Shown one piece after another: positions 12,221-24,812 of a DNA stretch of 64,000 nucleotides. The position numbers were made by a program, and so were the translations under genes. The stretch lies in contig NMRA01000670.1 of the NCBI GenBank assembly GCA_002633005.1, forward strand, positions 134,444 to 198,443, given 5' to 3'. Within the stretch, counting starts at the first letter, position 1. Each line of letters begins with the position of its first letter. The notes under the pieces were generated by a model. That model was given only the letters and a program-made list of their open reading frames with translations. It did not search any database and had not been told where the DNA came from. The DNA is from Phoronis australis (Eukaryota > Animalia > Phoronida).

Positions 12221-13279
12221 TTAAAGATACCCCAGTCAGATGAATTTCGAGTACGCTGAGCTATTCGCTTCAGGTAATCTCTCTTGCGAGAGAGAGCTAT
12301 GAGGTTATCATTATACCACTCGGGTGATTTGCCCTTTAATTTCAATTGGATTACGGGAGCATGATTATTAATAACTCTAATGAAACTTTGTTTGAAAATC
12401 GTCCAAGCGGCATCGGTGTCAACAGCGGTGGTAACGGCGCCCCAATCGATCGCCTGTAGATCTCTGAGAAAGTCTTCGTTATCGAAGGTGCGATATGAAC
12501 GCTTGGTAATGATACGTGGCGGAAACTTAGGGCGACTAGTCTTATACGCTGTGAATACAAGATTATGATCACTAATCCCAATGGGTATACTATCAAAAGT
12601 AAAAACTTTGTCAACGTTTGATACAAGAATAAGATCAAGGCATGTGGAAGTTTTGTCGGTAACCCTTGTTGGCACGTTAATAATATTCTTCATACCCAAC
12701 TCTCGTTCCCATGCCCTAATGTTACTCACTGTCTTCTTACACAATACATCATAATTAAAATCACCAGTAACAATAAAATCTTTGCTAGTGTGAGCTTGAT
12801 TATGAACAATATTTTTTAAATGATCAGTCAATTTTTCTGTGTATTCTGCGTTTGCAGAGGGTGGTCTGTAGACTGAACCAATAATCAAATTCTTCGATTT
12901 AGGAATATCAATCTCAACCCAGAGCGACTCCACCAGTTCGTCATGGTGCTGGAGCTGACGGCTAGTTAGTCCTTCTTTCGTGTAGATGTCAACACCACCA
13001 CCTTTCCTGTTGCAGTCGTTCCTATTCAATTCAAAGCCGTCGATGGCGATCTCAGAATCATCGATGATAGTAGAGAGCCGAGCAAAGAATATCGATGGGT
13101 TTTTGACTCATAATAAAACGCAGATCATCAATTCGGTCAGTTAGCGACACTATATTAAGGTGTCCAATACAGAAACCTTTGGTGTATTTTAAATCAGATA
13201 GAATATCGGGACCATGGTCACTCAGGATACTGCCAGAGATTGACGAGGATGATTCATTAATGTTCTCGGTTGTGAACAA
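12221..13279 (-). pseudogene. CR1/L2-group LINE ORF2, APE endonuclease and linker, interrupted by piggyBac
   Basis: GHLNIVSL, RKGGGV, YRPPS, GDFN, PTRVT..TCLDLI, ISDHNLV; one frameshift near 13060; the ORF reads into the piggyBac TIR at TTAA. Confidence 0.92.
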
Positions 13280-13524
13280 CCAGTCACTAGTATTAAAAAA
13301 ATTAGAGAAACCATTGAGAGCCGGGACGTGGTCTGGTTTGACCCACCTTTCCGTGGTTGCAGCTATGTTATCTTTCTGTCCAGGACTGTAAAGAACCTCA
13401 CTGTTATTGGTAGCAGATTCAGTGACTAGGGGGAGTCACACATTAAAAGCCTCATGCCAGTCAATTACATTGTCATGGTGCATGTCGAGAAGAGAATTTC
13501 CTTTGGTTTTTCATAAGGGAGGAG

Positions 13525-13732
13525 AAACAAAACAGAATCGATTAAACAGCATTGAATTCACAAAACAGGATAGAATATACAAAACAGCATTGACCTTGGA
13601 TCAGTATGGACTGAATTGATGTAATAGCTTTAAATGCTCAAGATAGGATTGAATTGTTGTACAATTGGCATTGAGTTCATTACATGGAATTGAATATACA
13701 AGTTGATGTTTTTGCATAAATGGCCACCCATA
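13525..13732 (-). repeat. Right arm of the long inverted repeat (partner 4666..4870)
   Basis: Reverse complement tatgggtggccatttatgcaaaaac...ttcaattccatgtaatgaactca...ttcaatcctatcttg. Confidence 0.8.
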
Positions 13733-14234
13733 TATATAGGCAGCTACATCATTTTGTTTGGTCATGGTCAAGGGGGAAGGCTATGTATGCCAGTGACTTC
13801 AATACGTATGACAGCACCACAACTTGTGCCCATCTTATCAACTGCACCCATTACCTTTGCAAACTGGTACTCATTAACATAATGTTTTAATTACACATTA
13901 AAAAGCATCATGATGATTATAGAACAAAAAAGTTCATTAACACAGAGAGTATTTCCTTTTTTCATTTGCCTTCTATGCTTACACTTGATAACGTCACACC
14001 TGCTGCCAAGGCGGCATGTGCCATGCCCATACCTTAATCAAGTTACTGTGAAAAATTCACAAAAGAAGAGTCGGCAATAAATTGGGCACCAAGAAAGTCA
14101 ATACAACCATGCCCACAACAGTGAATCATCACTGATTACCAGATGCTCGGGGGAGCGACACTTGGCGGAATTAAGCGAAAAGACGACAATGAGAGCGACA
14201 ATCATGACGATCTAGGCGGCAATTATGAATAAAA

Positions 14235-16868
14235 CGATAACATTCATGTGACTAGCGAAGAAATCAAATAGAGAGCATACAATCAACTACAATAAAGAAC
14301 AATAGATGGCGCAACATGACGGTCCAGTCTACAGTAGAACAGTGCTGGCTGGGTCAGTCTAGGTCAACTAGGCATAACCAAAACAAAGCGAACTGAAAGC
14401 CAGCCAGCTGCGTGCTTGCATAGAGGACCGAAGGAACAACGGTATTCGAAAATCTTGAATAATTCAAAAAGTAGACGTTGTGGCGCAAAATGGAAAATAT
14501 CTTCTGAAAGCCCGTTCAAAACTCTATCTAAAATGGTAGTTTGGAAAACACGATAACATTCATGTGACTAGCGAAGAAATTAAATAGAGAGCATACAATC
14601 AACTACAATAAAGAACAATAGATGGCGCAACATGACGGACGAGCTATGCTTTACAGTAGGACAGTGCTGGCTGGGTCAGTCTGGGTCAACTAGGCATAAC
14701 AAAAACAAAGTGAACTGAAAGCCAGCCAGCTGTGTGTGACCGAAGGAACAACGGTATCCGAAAATCTCGAATAATTCAAAAAGTAGATGTCGTAGCGCAA
14801 AATGGAAAATATCTTCTGAAAGCCCGTTCAAAATTCTATCTAAAGTGGTAGTTTGGCAAAAGTCCAAAAATTTTTCTAGAAAATTAAAATTTGCCGTTTT
14901 TTTTTAAAATTCAAAGTCAAATAACTCGAAAACGGTAAGTCTGAGAAATACGCTCTCGCAGACTTTTTGAAAGGCCATACTTCAAGGAATCCACATGCAA
15001 AAATTCACGTCATTTGCTCTTCCCATAAAAAATGCGACACCAGAGCGATTAAAACCGTGTGAACATGTCCCACAGCCGCCATCTTGAAAGTGACTTCCGG
15101 TTCAATAATTGTTTATAAAAGCTTATTAAACTCAACAAACACGTGACCAGTTTGAAAGTAATTGGTTTGCAAATACGCCCTCTACAGGAGAAAACGTTTT
15201 TGGCCATATTTCGGGGTGCGCATGCACCACGTCCAATATTTCCGCCATCTTTGACTGGAAGTAAACAATTTTCTGAACAATTGTAGCACATGCGTTCTAG
15301 TATATTCGTACCGATTTTCAGCCATGTAGGTCGAAAAATGCGGCCTCTACGAGTATTTGACTGTGAAATCGGATACAAAATGGCCGCCACGTCTGCCATT
15401 TTGTATCCGATCTTGACCAAAAACAATAGGCTTCTAGGACTTCCCGATCTATTCGTTGTGTGCAAATTTCGTGAAAATCGGACGAAAATTGCGACCTGTA
15501 GAGTGCGAACAAAAAAAAAATGAACTACAATAAAGAACAATAGATAGCGCAACATGACGGACGAGCCATGCTTTGTTCCGCAATCCAAAATAGGTGGCAC
15601 TATGTGACAGTCTGCAGAGCAAAGTTATGTTTACAACAGTATTTCGCCTGGAATTCCAGTCTACAGCACGACAGTGCTACCTGGGTCAGTCGGGGTCACA
15701 ACTCTCTGTTAACTTGTGCAGACATAACCAAAACAAAGTGAACTGAAAGCCAGCCAGCTGCGTGCATACGTGACCGAAGGAACAACGGTATTCGAAAATC
15801 TCGAATAATTCAAAACGTAGACGTCGTAGCGCAAAATGGAAATTATCATCTGAAAGCCCGTTCAAAACTCTATCTAAAGTGGTAGTTTGTCAAACACGAT
15901 AACATTCATGCGACTAGCGAAGAAATCAAATAGAGAGCATACAATCAACTACAATAAAGAACAATAGATGGCGCAACATGACGGACGAGCCATGCTTTAC
16001 AGTAGGACAGTGCTGGCTGGGTCAGTCTGGGTCAACTAGGCATAACCAAAACAAAGTGAACTGAAAGCCAGCCAGCTGCGTGCTTGCATAGGAACAACGG
16101 TATCCGAAAATCTCGAATAATTCAAAAAGTAGACGTCGTAGCGCAAAATGGAAAATATCTTCTGAAAGCCCGTTCAAATCTCTATCTAAAGTGGTAGTTT
16201 GGCAAAAATCAAAAAAAAATTTTCGAGAAAATTGAAAATTTGCCGTTTTTTTGAAATTCAAAGTCAAATAACTCGAAAACGGTAAGTCTGAGAAATACGC
16301 TCTCGCAGACTTTTTGAAAGGCCATGCTTCAAGGAATCCACATGCAAAAATTCATGTCATTTGATCTTCCCATAAAAAATGCGACAACACAGCGATTGAA
16401 ACCGTGTGAACATGCTCCACAGCCGCCATCTTGGAAGTAACTTCCGGTCCAATAATTTTTTATAAAAGCTTATTAATCTCAACAAACACGTGACCAGTTT
16501 GAAAGTGATTGGTTTGCAATTGCGCCCTCTACAGGAGAAAACGTTTTTAGCCATATTTCGGGGTGCGCATGCGCCACGTCCAATATTTGCGCCATCTTTA
16601 ACTGGAAGTCAAAGATTTTCTGCACAGTTGTAGCACATGGGTTTTAGTATAACCGTACCGATTTTGAGCCATGTACGTCGAAAAATGCGGCCTCTACGAG
16701 TATTTGACTGTGAAATCGGATACAAAATGGCCGCCACGTCCGCCATTTTGTATCCGATCATGACCAAAAACAATAGGCTTCTAGGACTTTTTGATCTACA
16801 CGTTGTGTGCAAATTTCGTGAAAATCGGACGAAAATTGCGACCTGTAGAGTGCGAACAAAAAAAAAAC
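14235..16868 (+). repeat. Tandemly duplicated composite repeat, HINE/Helentron-core-like
   Basis: Block cgataacattcatg...caatagatggcgcaacatgacgg recurs near 14235, 14551 and 15897; about 1 kb of 14551..15520 is repeated at 15897..16868, both ending tagagtgcgaac(A)n. Confidence 0.85.
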
Positions 16869-17405
16869 TTGACGACAGAGCAACATACTTGTCGGAATTC
16901 AAAGAATTCCGCCAAGTAAAAATTTCCAAGTTCACACAGGGAACCTGAGTGATATAATATGCCCACATTGTAATGAAGTGCATGTTACTTGTAGTGGTGA
17001 TTTTCAGTTTGATGTAAGATGCTCCCACATCATAACCAATTTGAGTACCAGGAATGCTGGTTTAGACTGAAAGAATTCATCCGACATTTGGTAGGTGCTG
17101 GTGCTCCCCAATACATATGTGCAATAGGCTGCTAAGTCTCAGTCTTCGAGTATGGTAGACAAGCTCACCAAAACCTGTCAAGATGCCTCCAACGCTGCTT
17201 GCCTGGATGGAGATGCACCTACATATAAATTACTACTTTTAAGACTGAGGGCACAGTTGAAAACAGTTGCACTTTTTGTTAGAAGTCATTTAAGAACTAC
17301 TGCAAAGAACTAGTTAGGACATGAAGAGTACTGAAAAGTTATTTTTTATTTCCGACAGCATAAAACTAGAAAGACTATTGTCAGGGCGTGACAATAATGC
17401 CGGAC

Positions 17406-17884
17406 CAGGGCTTGGAATGACCAATGACAAAAACCGCGGAAACTTTTACGGCCCAAATCATGCCCGATAACCAGCCTTTGAAATGTGTCAATGTGAACCT
17501 TTCCGTGGCAAAAATCGGGAGGACCACCATCACTAGCATGCGTCTGCGTCCTTTTCGCTCGCCCGTCCACTCCCAACCCACACAAATTTGGCTGCAGAGC
17601 GGTAGTATTTGTCACCGCGCTTAACAATAACACGAGCCGCCATTGAAAATCAGACCACGCTTTACCCAGATGCCCCGGCAATGTTGACAATTTACGTTCC
17701 TCCGAAACATAAAGACTTCCGCTTTCCGAGGTGAACGTCGTCTGCAACGCCGCGGTAAGAAAGGAATTTGCCGCGGAAATTTCATATCAAATCCGATTTT
17801 TTACGCGGAAATATTATAAAAAAAGCGGAAAGCACATTTCAAAAAAGCGGAAATCCGCGTTTCCGCGGAAAATTCCAAGCCCTG
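17406..17884. mobile_element. hAT-like MITE
   Basis: Perfect 13-bp TIR CAGGGCTTGGAAT/ATTCCAAGCCCTG with CCGCGGAA subterminal repeats; partial inverted copy near 34155..34280; no clean 8-bp TSD. Confidence 0.75.
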
Positions 17885-18387
17885 ATGGACTCTGCGCGTC
17901 TGTATTACTGGGATTGTTATGGGAAGTTATTGACAGTAATCCGTTTACCAATATGAAAAGGAATTCTTTAAAATTTAGGAGAAATTACAAGTTAATATTT
18001 TGATGACCTTTCCACTAATTGACCTCTATGGTGCATTATGAGCCCCAATGAGGGAAAATTTCTAAACTCAATTAAAAGTGTGGTTGATGCTAAGAATCAC
18101 AGATGTTTTACTTTAAGCACTTCAGAATACAAGATGAATAAATTGGTCAAACTTTCAGAAGAAAAATGCACCTAATGACCCCATGGGTCCACCAAATGAC
18201 CTGAAAATTTAGAATTCAAACTCAATCGCACTTCGTAAACAGATATGTAATAGCGGATTTGCAGCGCAGACGAACTACGCATTGCGCATGTGCGAGTTAC
18301 TTCCTTCGCGAAGGCTCATGGGATAGCTTGTGGTCAGGCATGTCTTGAGCAGGCTGGATAGTGTGTGCATTTGGAGTGATTTGCAAA

Positions 18388-19450
18388 CTAAAAACCATGT
18401 TTCATTTTTTGCTTTATAATACCAAGCAAGGCCTCTCTCTCGTTTGTAAACACAGCGTAGCTATGATCAGTGACCGTGTGACCGAGAGCACGACTGTCGC
18501 CGTGTTCAGTATTGGGGTTATCGGCGTTGATTTCGAAATCTCCTCCTATTTCAGACAAGTTGAGAGTTCTTGGGTTGCTTAACTTTTGTAGCTTTCGTCG
18601 TGGATATGCNNNNNNNNNNNNNNNNNNNNNNNNNNNNNNNNNNNNNNNNNNNNNNNNNNNNNNNNNNNNNNNNNNNNNNNNNNNNNNNNNNNNNNNNNNN
18701 NNNNNNNNNNNNNNNNNNNNNNNNNNNNNNNNNNNNNNNNNNNNNNNNNNNNNNNNNNNNNNNNNNNNNNNNNNNNNNNNNNNNNNNNNNNNNNNNNNNN
18801 NNNNNNNNNNNNNNNNNNNNNNNNNNNNNNNNNNNNNNNNNNNNNNNNNNNNNNNNNNNNNNNNNNNNNNNNNNNNNNNNNNNNNNNNNNNNNNNNNNNN
18901 NNNNNNNNNNNNNNNNNNNNNNNNNNNNNNNNNNNNNNNNNNNNNNNNNNNNNNNNNNNNNNNNNNNNNNNNNNNNNNNNNNNNNNNNNNNNNNNNNNNN
19001 NNNNNNNNNNNNNNNNNNNNNNNNNNNNNNNNNNNNNNNNNNNNNNNNNNNNNNNNNNNNNNNNNNNNNNNNNNNNNNNNNNNNNNNNNNNNNNNNNNNN
19101 NNNNNNNNNNNNNNNNNNNGAGGTGAAAACTCGAAATCGGTAACCCAAATCCGGTCACGGCCCGTTTAAAATACACTGGAGTAACGAAATGAGTACAGAA
19201 AGCGAATGGAAGTATTGTAGCCCCTACATGGCCAACCGAGGGGCTACGTGTTGCCTACTAGATGGCCCCGCGTTCGTTTGAATGCGCTAAATTTCCCCTT
19301 ACTCCCAGGTCTCCTAATGTTGTTTATCCATTTTTCACAAAGTTCTTGGTTTGCAGGGAACACATACAAACTCAGATTTTTATCTCTCTTGTTGTTTTTG
19401 AAGCAGCCAGGAACACAAGTGTATCCGCCGTAAGTTTTCTTCGCGCTCAT
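18388..19450 (-). pseudogene. THAP zinc-finger protein remnant with DHSY motif (spans the N gap)
   Basis: CVPGC...YVFP...W...IRR THAP pattern at 19244..19450 with a damaged CxxH; DHSY in the 18388..18609 frame. Confidence 0.75.
18610..19119. other. Assembly gap
   Basis: 510 consecutive N. Confidence 1.
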
Positions 19451-20480
19451 ACCGCGTTTTATGCTTGTTACTATGGCCGCTTTCGGAATCCTGACCACAG
19501 CACCCACAATGCACCATTTTAACTAATTTCAATATGGCGTCGCTGCAAATCCGCTATTTTGAAGTCTCTAACTCAAAATTTTCGTTTGCACTCAATGACC
19601 TTCGACCTATTTTTTCTGATTGGTTATTACTATTGCGTAGTAAAGTAGCGTGTTCAATTGGCATGTTGACTTACACCAGTGTGCTGAAATTGAAAAGAAT
19701 TCCTTGAAAAATGTAGGAGATAAAACATTTTAAACGTTAGATAACATTTCCACTAATTGACCCTATCCGGTGCATTATAAGCATCTTTTAGAGAATTATT
19801 GCAAAGCCCCTGAAAAGTGTGCGTAATGCTGAGAATCACACTTGTCTAACGGTTGACACATCAGAATACTTGGTGAATGAAAAAGACAAATATTCTGAAG
19901 AAAAATGCACCTAATGACCCCATGGTTGCACTAAATGACCTGAAACTTTGTATTTCGAATTGAATTAGATGTACCAAACAGACTTGTGAATTTGAAGTTT
20001 GTAACTCAAAATCTTAGTTTGCACCTAATGTCCTTTGCCTTATTTCACCTGATTGGATGACCCGTGACTTATACCTGTGCACCGAATTTGAAAAAGATAG
20101 CTTTAAAACTGAAGGAGGAGTAGCATTTTGAAAATTATATGACCTTTGCACCAAACGACCTCTTCCTGTGCAATATGGAATATGATTATATAACCAATCA
20201 AAATTTATATACTTTCAAAAGTCATATGCTGAATTTAAAGACCGTACCTGCACCCAATTTGGAGTTTTTAAGCCTCAAAGTTGGTCGGAAGAAGAATAAG
20301 AAGAATAATAAGAATAAGAATAAAATTGAAGAAAACCCAGGAACGACAGAACTCTGCGCTTACATGCGCAGAGTAATTACCCTAGCTGTAAATTCAAGTG
20401 TGCCCTAACTTGAAGAACCTTTGCTGTAATTCCCTAAAAACATAAATCTGATCAAGGTACAGCACAAATTTCCTTTTCAG

Positions 20481-20735
20481 AAATGAATGGAGAAAGCGAC
20501 CAATCGCCAACATCAATCACGCCAACATCAACCACGCCATCACCAAAAACACCATTGCCAACAACACCATCGCCAACCACGCCAGATGTCCTTATTTCAG
20601 ATCAAACACCTGCAGACATAAGTGAACCACCAGATGTGAACCCTACAGATAATAGCACCTCAGACAACATAGGTGGGCCAGACTTGAGCACCAGAGAAAC
20701 AAGTACAAGAACTGACTCTGCAGGGTCAGGTGATG
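20481..20735 (+). CDS. Internal exon encoding a mucin-like Pro/Thr/Ser-rich stalk, probably the same gene as the lectin exon
   Basis: tttccttttcag acceptor, gtaggt donor, 255 nt, phase 1-1; joins 4454 in frame (YQCIS-E-MNGESDQSPTSITPT...). Confidence 0.75.
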
Positions 20736-21202
20736 GTAGGTGGCTCACATCTAGCACAAAATTAAAATTCAAATATCAAGAACGATCCCAGCTTTAACCA
20801 AGAAATTTGCAAAAGTGTATTTCATGCTTAGCGAAAGGACAACCAATAAGGAAAGCATGCAGAAGATAGTTGAGAAAAATTGGTGATGAGAATGGTCAGG
20901 CAAATGGCCACAGTGAAAATGAGTAATAGGGAGTGGAGTGTATGTTTGTAATCCATGTAAACATCACTGAGTTATAGTATGATTAAATCAAAGTGTATTA
21001 AATTGATCAAATTTCATTGTCAAAATGGTGACAGCTGTTACATCATTGAAAAGTCAAACGCAAGGTTTCCCCTGCGTGTAAATTTCTGGGTGGCCCGCCA
21101 CGCTCCTTTTTGGCCCCGCCACTTGTAAATCATTCTCAAATTGACCGCCACACACCTAATTGTGACAGGGAAACTTCACCGCCACACAAAAATCGCTATT
21201 AA

Positions 21203-21280
21203 AAAATGATTGCTAGTAAAAATGATCGCTAGTAAAATGAATCGCAAGAAAAATGATCGCTAGTTAAAATGATCGCTAGT
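21203..21280 (+). repeat. Short tandem repeat of about 14 bp
   Basis: Five copies of AAATGATCGCTAGT-like units. Confidence 0.8.
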
Positions 21281-23672
21281 CCACCTTTCGCCACTTGTAG
21301 ATTGAAAGGGAAAAATAATAATTTTACAATGGTATCTTGAATTGTGCCCCCGTTAAACACAATCATTCAATCCCCAATCCCCTTTTGTACCTCATTTCTG
21401 CCTGGTTATCCGACAATGAATATAAATTTAATACAGCCGGGGACCAGGTAACGACCTCGATACGAATTTTATAAAATGAGAAAGTGCCAGGGCTTGCTAA
21501 TGAAGTAAGAAAAGGTAAGATTTCTGCTTCATTCATTTTTATCGTGTCCGAGTTTACGAAAGACATTGTGAATTATACTGCAGGGCGTGACATCAACCAT
21601 AGCCCTGCGCCAAAATGACGATACTGAATGTTAAGCAGTCTCAGATTCTTCTGCATGGACTGGATCGTTTGCTACGTCGGCCAATGCCAACACACTATCA
21701 CTGATTAAAGTTTATTAAGACAATATCAACGGAAGTTTCGTTACACGAAGTAGTTTATTAAGTCTACAAAGTTCACATATTTTTGATCTATGTTTGTCAC
21801 TTCGTGGATAATTGAATTTAAACATTGTTTTTTGTACAAGTGCGACAGAGATCACACTATGCCAGACACTTCATTGCCAATTTCTCTTGCAAAATGTTCT
21901 TTACCCAGATACTTCCACATGATGCTCGGGTTAGGGTCTTGTCTATGATGAGCAAACTGCAACCAATTACATCTAATTTTCAAATTTTGCCTGGGAAGGT
22001 CTCCCAACACCCCCTCCCCACCCCGATGGGAGGATATCACTTCATCCCATGCTCACATGTGGCGCCGGGGTCCACATCCATGTCAAGCATTCACCACCAC
22101 GTTCCTTTCGAAACCCAGACAATATGGGTATCCAACTTCTCATATTCGCGGGTGGCAACAGGCTTTGTACCCCGTTTTGGCCATTTACTACCACGCTCCT
22201 TTCAAAACCCTGCCAACCAAAAACATCAGGCCTGTGTTCCATGGAATCAACAAACTTGTGAAAATGCAAGATTTAGTGTGACTTCACAAGATACCACAAT
22301 GCATTATAAGCAAAGCACATGGCCATCTATCTTGCATCTGAGTTTTCAGTAATGTCAGCATGTGTTCAAGGGTCGACAACCACGGTCGTTTCCGCAACAT
22401 AACGCAACGTCCAATCAGAACTCGCACAGTATTCACCGATTCTCAGTATTGATTCTTTCCCCAAGATTACCTCCTTTCGGATGACAAGTGACTAAAAAGT
22501 AGTCAGTAATTTTCTCCAATTTTCAGTAACAAAGTACATAAACACAAAAATGTAGGGGGGGGCGCTGAAAAACTTTTATATAGTGCAATATGACTTCATT
22601 TCTTAAACACTCAAAAGTAAACACAAAGCCAAACAAAACCTTTTGCTGTTATGTTAAGGACTGCGCATAACATGATTTCAACTCGGCAAGTTGCTTCTTA
22701 GAGTACACCCTAGATTCATATTTACTTCGTCAGAAAACTGTCACAGTGGTACCCGAACGATTGGTAACAGCAACTGCTAGGCAGAAAACACATGCTTTGT
22801 CGATGCGGAATTGTAGCCAATGCACATCATGCTTTCTGATTATTCTTTAATCTATCCAATAACATACCTTGTTCTAAACAAAGCACGGCCAAGCAAAAGC
22901 CAAACCAGAGTATCGTGCACTTGATTCAGTGCTAATGACCTATTTTCCATGTCACAGATTCGGTTAAAATTGTAAATCGACTCGCTACGTCAGACAGCAA
23001 TGTAAATGATGTGATTGGTTACAAACGGTATGACCCAATAACTAAGCAACAATGCTTGCCATCATTTATGCTTTCGAGGTATCTTTGTTTATGATATCAT
23101 GACCACAACGACGATGTAAAAGAGAGAATGCCGAATAAAAGAACAAATTTCAAGAACTTAACAAAGTTTTATTTTTCTGTACAACATGCAGAGCATTCCG
23201 TACTACCATATTTTCAATGAAAACCCGTAACAAATATAAGGACACTCCCTAGTAGTAGGCAGCTCTATTTCTTGACTTGTGATGCGGAGGAACAACACCT
23301 AATATAGATGTCGCTGCCCATCCGATCTCGGAAAGGTCCATTGCACAATGCCGTTTGAAAAATGACTGTCAGCGCCAGTGGTTAGTAAATTTTGACTCGG
23401 ATAAAATCCGCTGAATTCAGGTCGACAGCCACACAAAATTGAGACAATACAGAGTATAGCAGAGCTTGGTTAGCGTCAATGTAAATTATGACAATAAGCG
23501 GGATACCACATTAAGCTGATTCCGACTTGGCAGCGATCAAAACCAATGCCTATCATGGTGGAAAATCTATTTAAAGATCTTACTATTTAAAACGACTTAC
23601 TGTATTCTTGTTAGAATGACATGGGCAAGAAATTGAATTTCGGGCCTCAAAAGTGAGGAAATCTAATATTAA

Positions 23673-24812
23673 GGTAGGTGGATACACAAAAAAATTAATT
23701 TTGACTGTTTTTTACATTTTAATGTCATTCTAATCATTAATTTTTGATGCACAATATAGTGAAGAAAAATAAAATCAATCTGAAACTGATGTTGAACTAT
23801 TACGATGAAAGTAGTTCTTTACCCTGTCGCCAATATTCTTATCTAGATAGTAACGCGGCGATTTGATATAACGCATATATTGGTTATGAAGAGACAGTAA
23901 CTACATATAATATTGGAATACTAAAAAACAGGCAAACAGGTCTATGTAATAAAGTTAGAGAAGAGTCTTTTACTACATTGAGTGGAGAGTTCAGATGAGT
24001 CACATAAACAATCAACACATGGTTTTAATGATGTGTGGTCCGCACACCACCACAGCAGACAATAGATCAACGCTAAGCTCCGCCCACCTGACAGCCATAT
24101 TTGTTTTGGTCGCCTGTCGTGTTTCACAAGTTCCCAAAAATGATTAAAATTACGCTGTAAACAAACAGGTAGGTCACATTTTCTAAACATGAAGTGAATA
24201 TCAGCTTTATTTCTAGTACATCAACAAAAATTGGAACATAATGACCGCGCTTTCTGAACGAATTTTGACCTCAAGTGGCAATCGATGGCCGCTTAACTTC
24301 AAAGTTGTTTTTCTCGACTCGTGATTTCAGGGTAGTGACAAGATTCTCGGGCCTATTTTTCCGCAACACGTGGGTCAATTTTTACGAAACTTACATATTT
24401 GAAATCCTCTAGAACTGAAGTAAAATCGCGTGCCAGGATTTTTTGATACATGGACCAGATTTTTAGTTATTAGACGGAAAGTTACCAAATGACAGAAAGT
24501 AGCGTCCTTGCCCCAACTCACACGCAAAAAATGCCACAAAATCAAGATCATGATTTTGTACACTATTTGGTATGGACAAGTAGAATATTGCGTAAGGAAA
24601 CAGGTGATTATAATCCCTGTGCATTTTGAAAAAAATTCAAGGTAAAATTGGATTTTTTGAAAATTTAAAAATTCGATATTTTAAGAAAATGAACTACAAT
24701 AAAAAATTTTTCTTCGATTTTTGTCACTTTCAGTCATTTCTAACTAGTTAAAACACCCTTTATACTTATTTTAGATAAGGAACATGGCGATTTGACCAGT
24801 GTATACCCCCCT
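23673..24812. mobile_element. Possible non-autonomous Kolobok-like element nested in a foldback MITE
   Basis: TTAA|GGTAGGTGGATACAC on the left and GTGTATACCCCCCT on the right; flanks near 23582..23650 and 24895..24957 are diverged inverted repeats of each other. Confidence 0.4.

Larger units (their letters stand above)
18252..19555 (-). mobile_element. ISL2EU/Harbinger-related element, internally deleted, THAP-encoding
   Basis: Perfect inverted ends AGCGGATTTGCAGCG/CGCTGCAAATCCGCT flanked by AT; removing it restores the host repeat as seen near 19980..20000. Confidence 0.8.
17950..20378 (+). mobile_element. HINE-like (Helentron-associated) element with tandem cores, split by an insertion
   Basis: Repeated cores (ccactaattgacc...gaagaaaaatgcacctaatgacccc), AAG/AAT microsatellite, 3' hairpin ACTCTGCGC-TTACAT-GCGCAGAGT; inverted copy near 61585..62030. 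Confidence 0.7.

Noticed and set aside
12151-12224. Novel C-terminus or LINE-piggyBac fusion protein
   Set aside because: Read-through of the broken LINE ORF into the piggyBac TIR
15049-17028. Duplicated 139-183 aa ORFs
   Set aside because: Translations of a non-coding repeat, open on both strands, with no recognisable domain
18388-19176. Long ORFs of 189-262 aa in several frames
   Set aside because: Artefacts of translating through the N gap
21825-22352. 175-aa ORF
   Set aside because: No domain signature, overlaps MITE-like G/C-run sequence, and has overlapping ORFs in several frames
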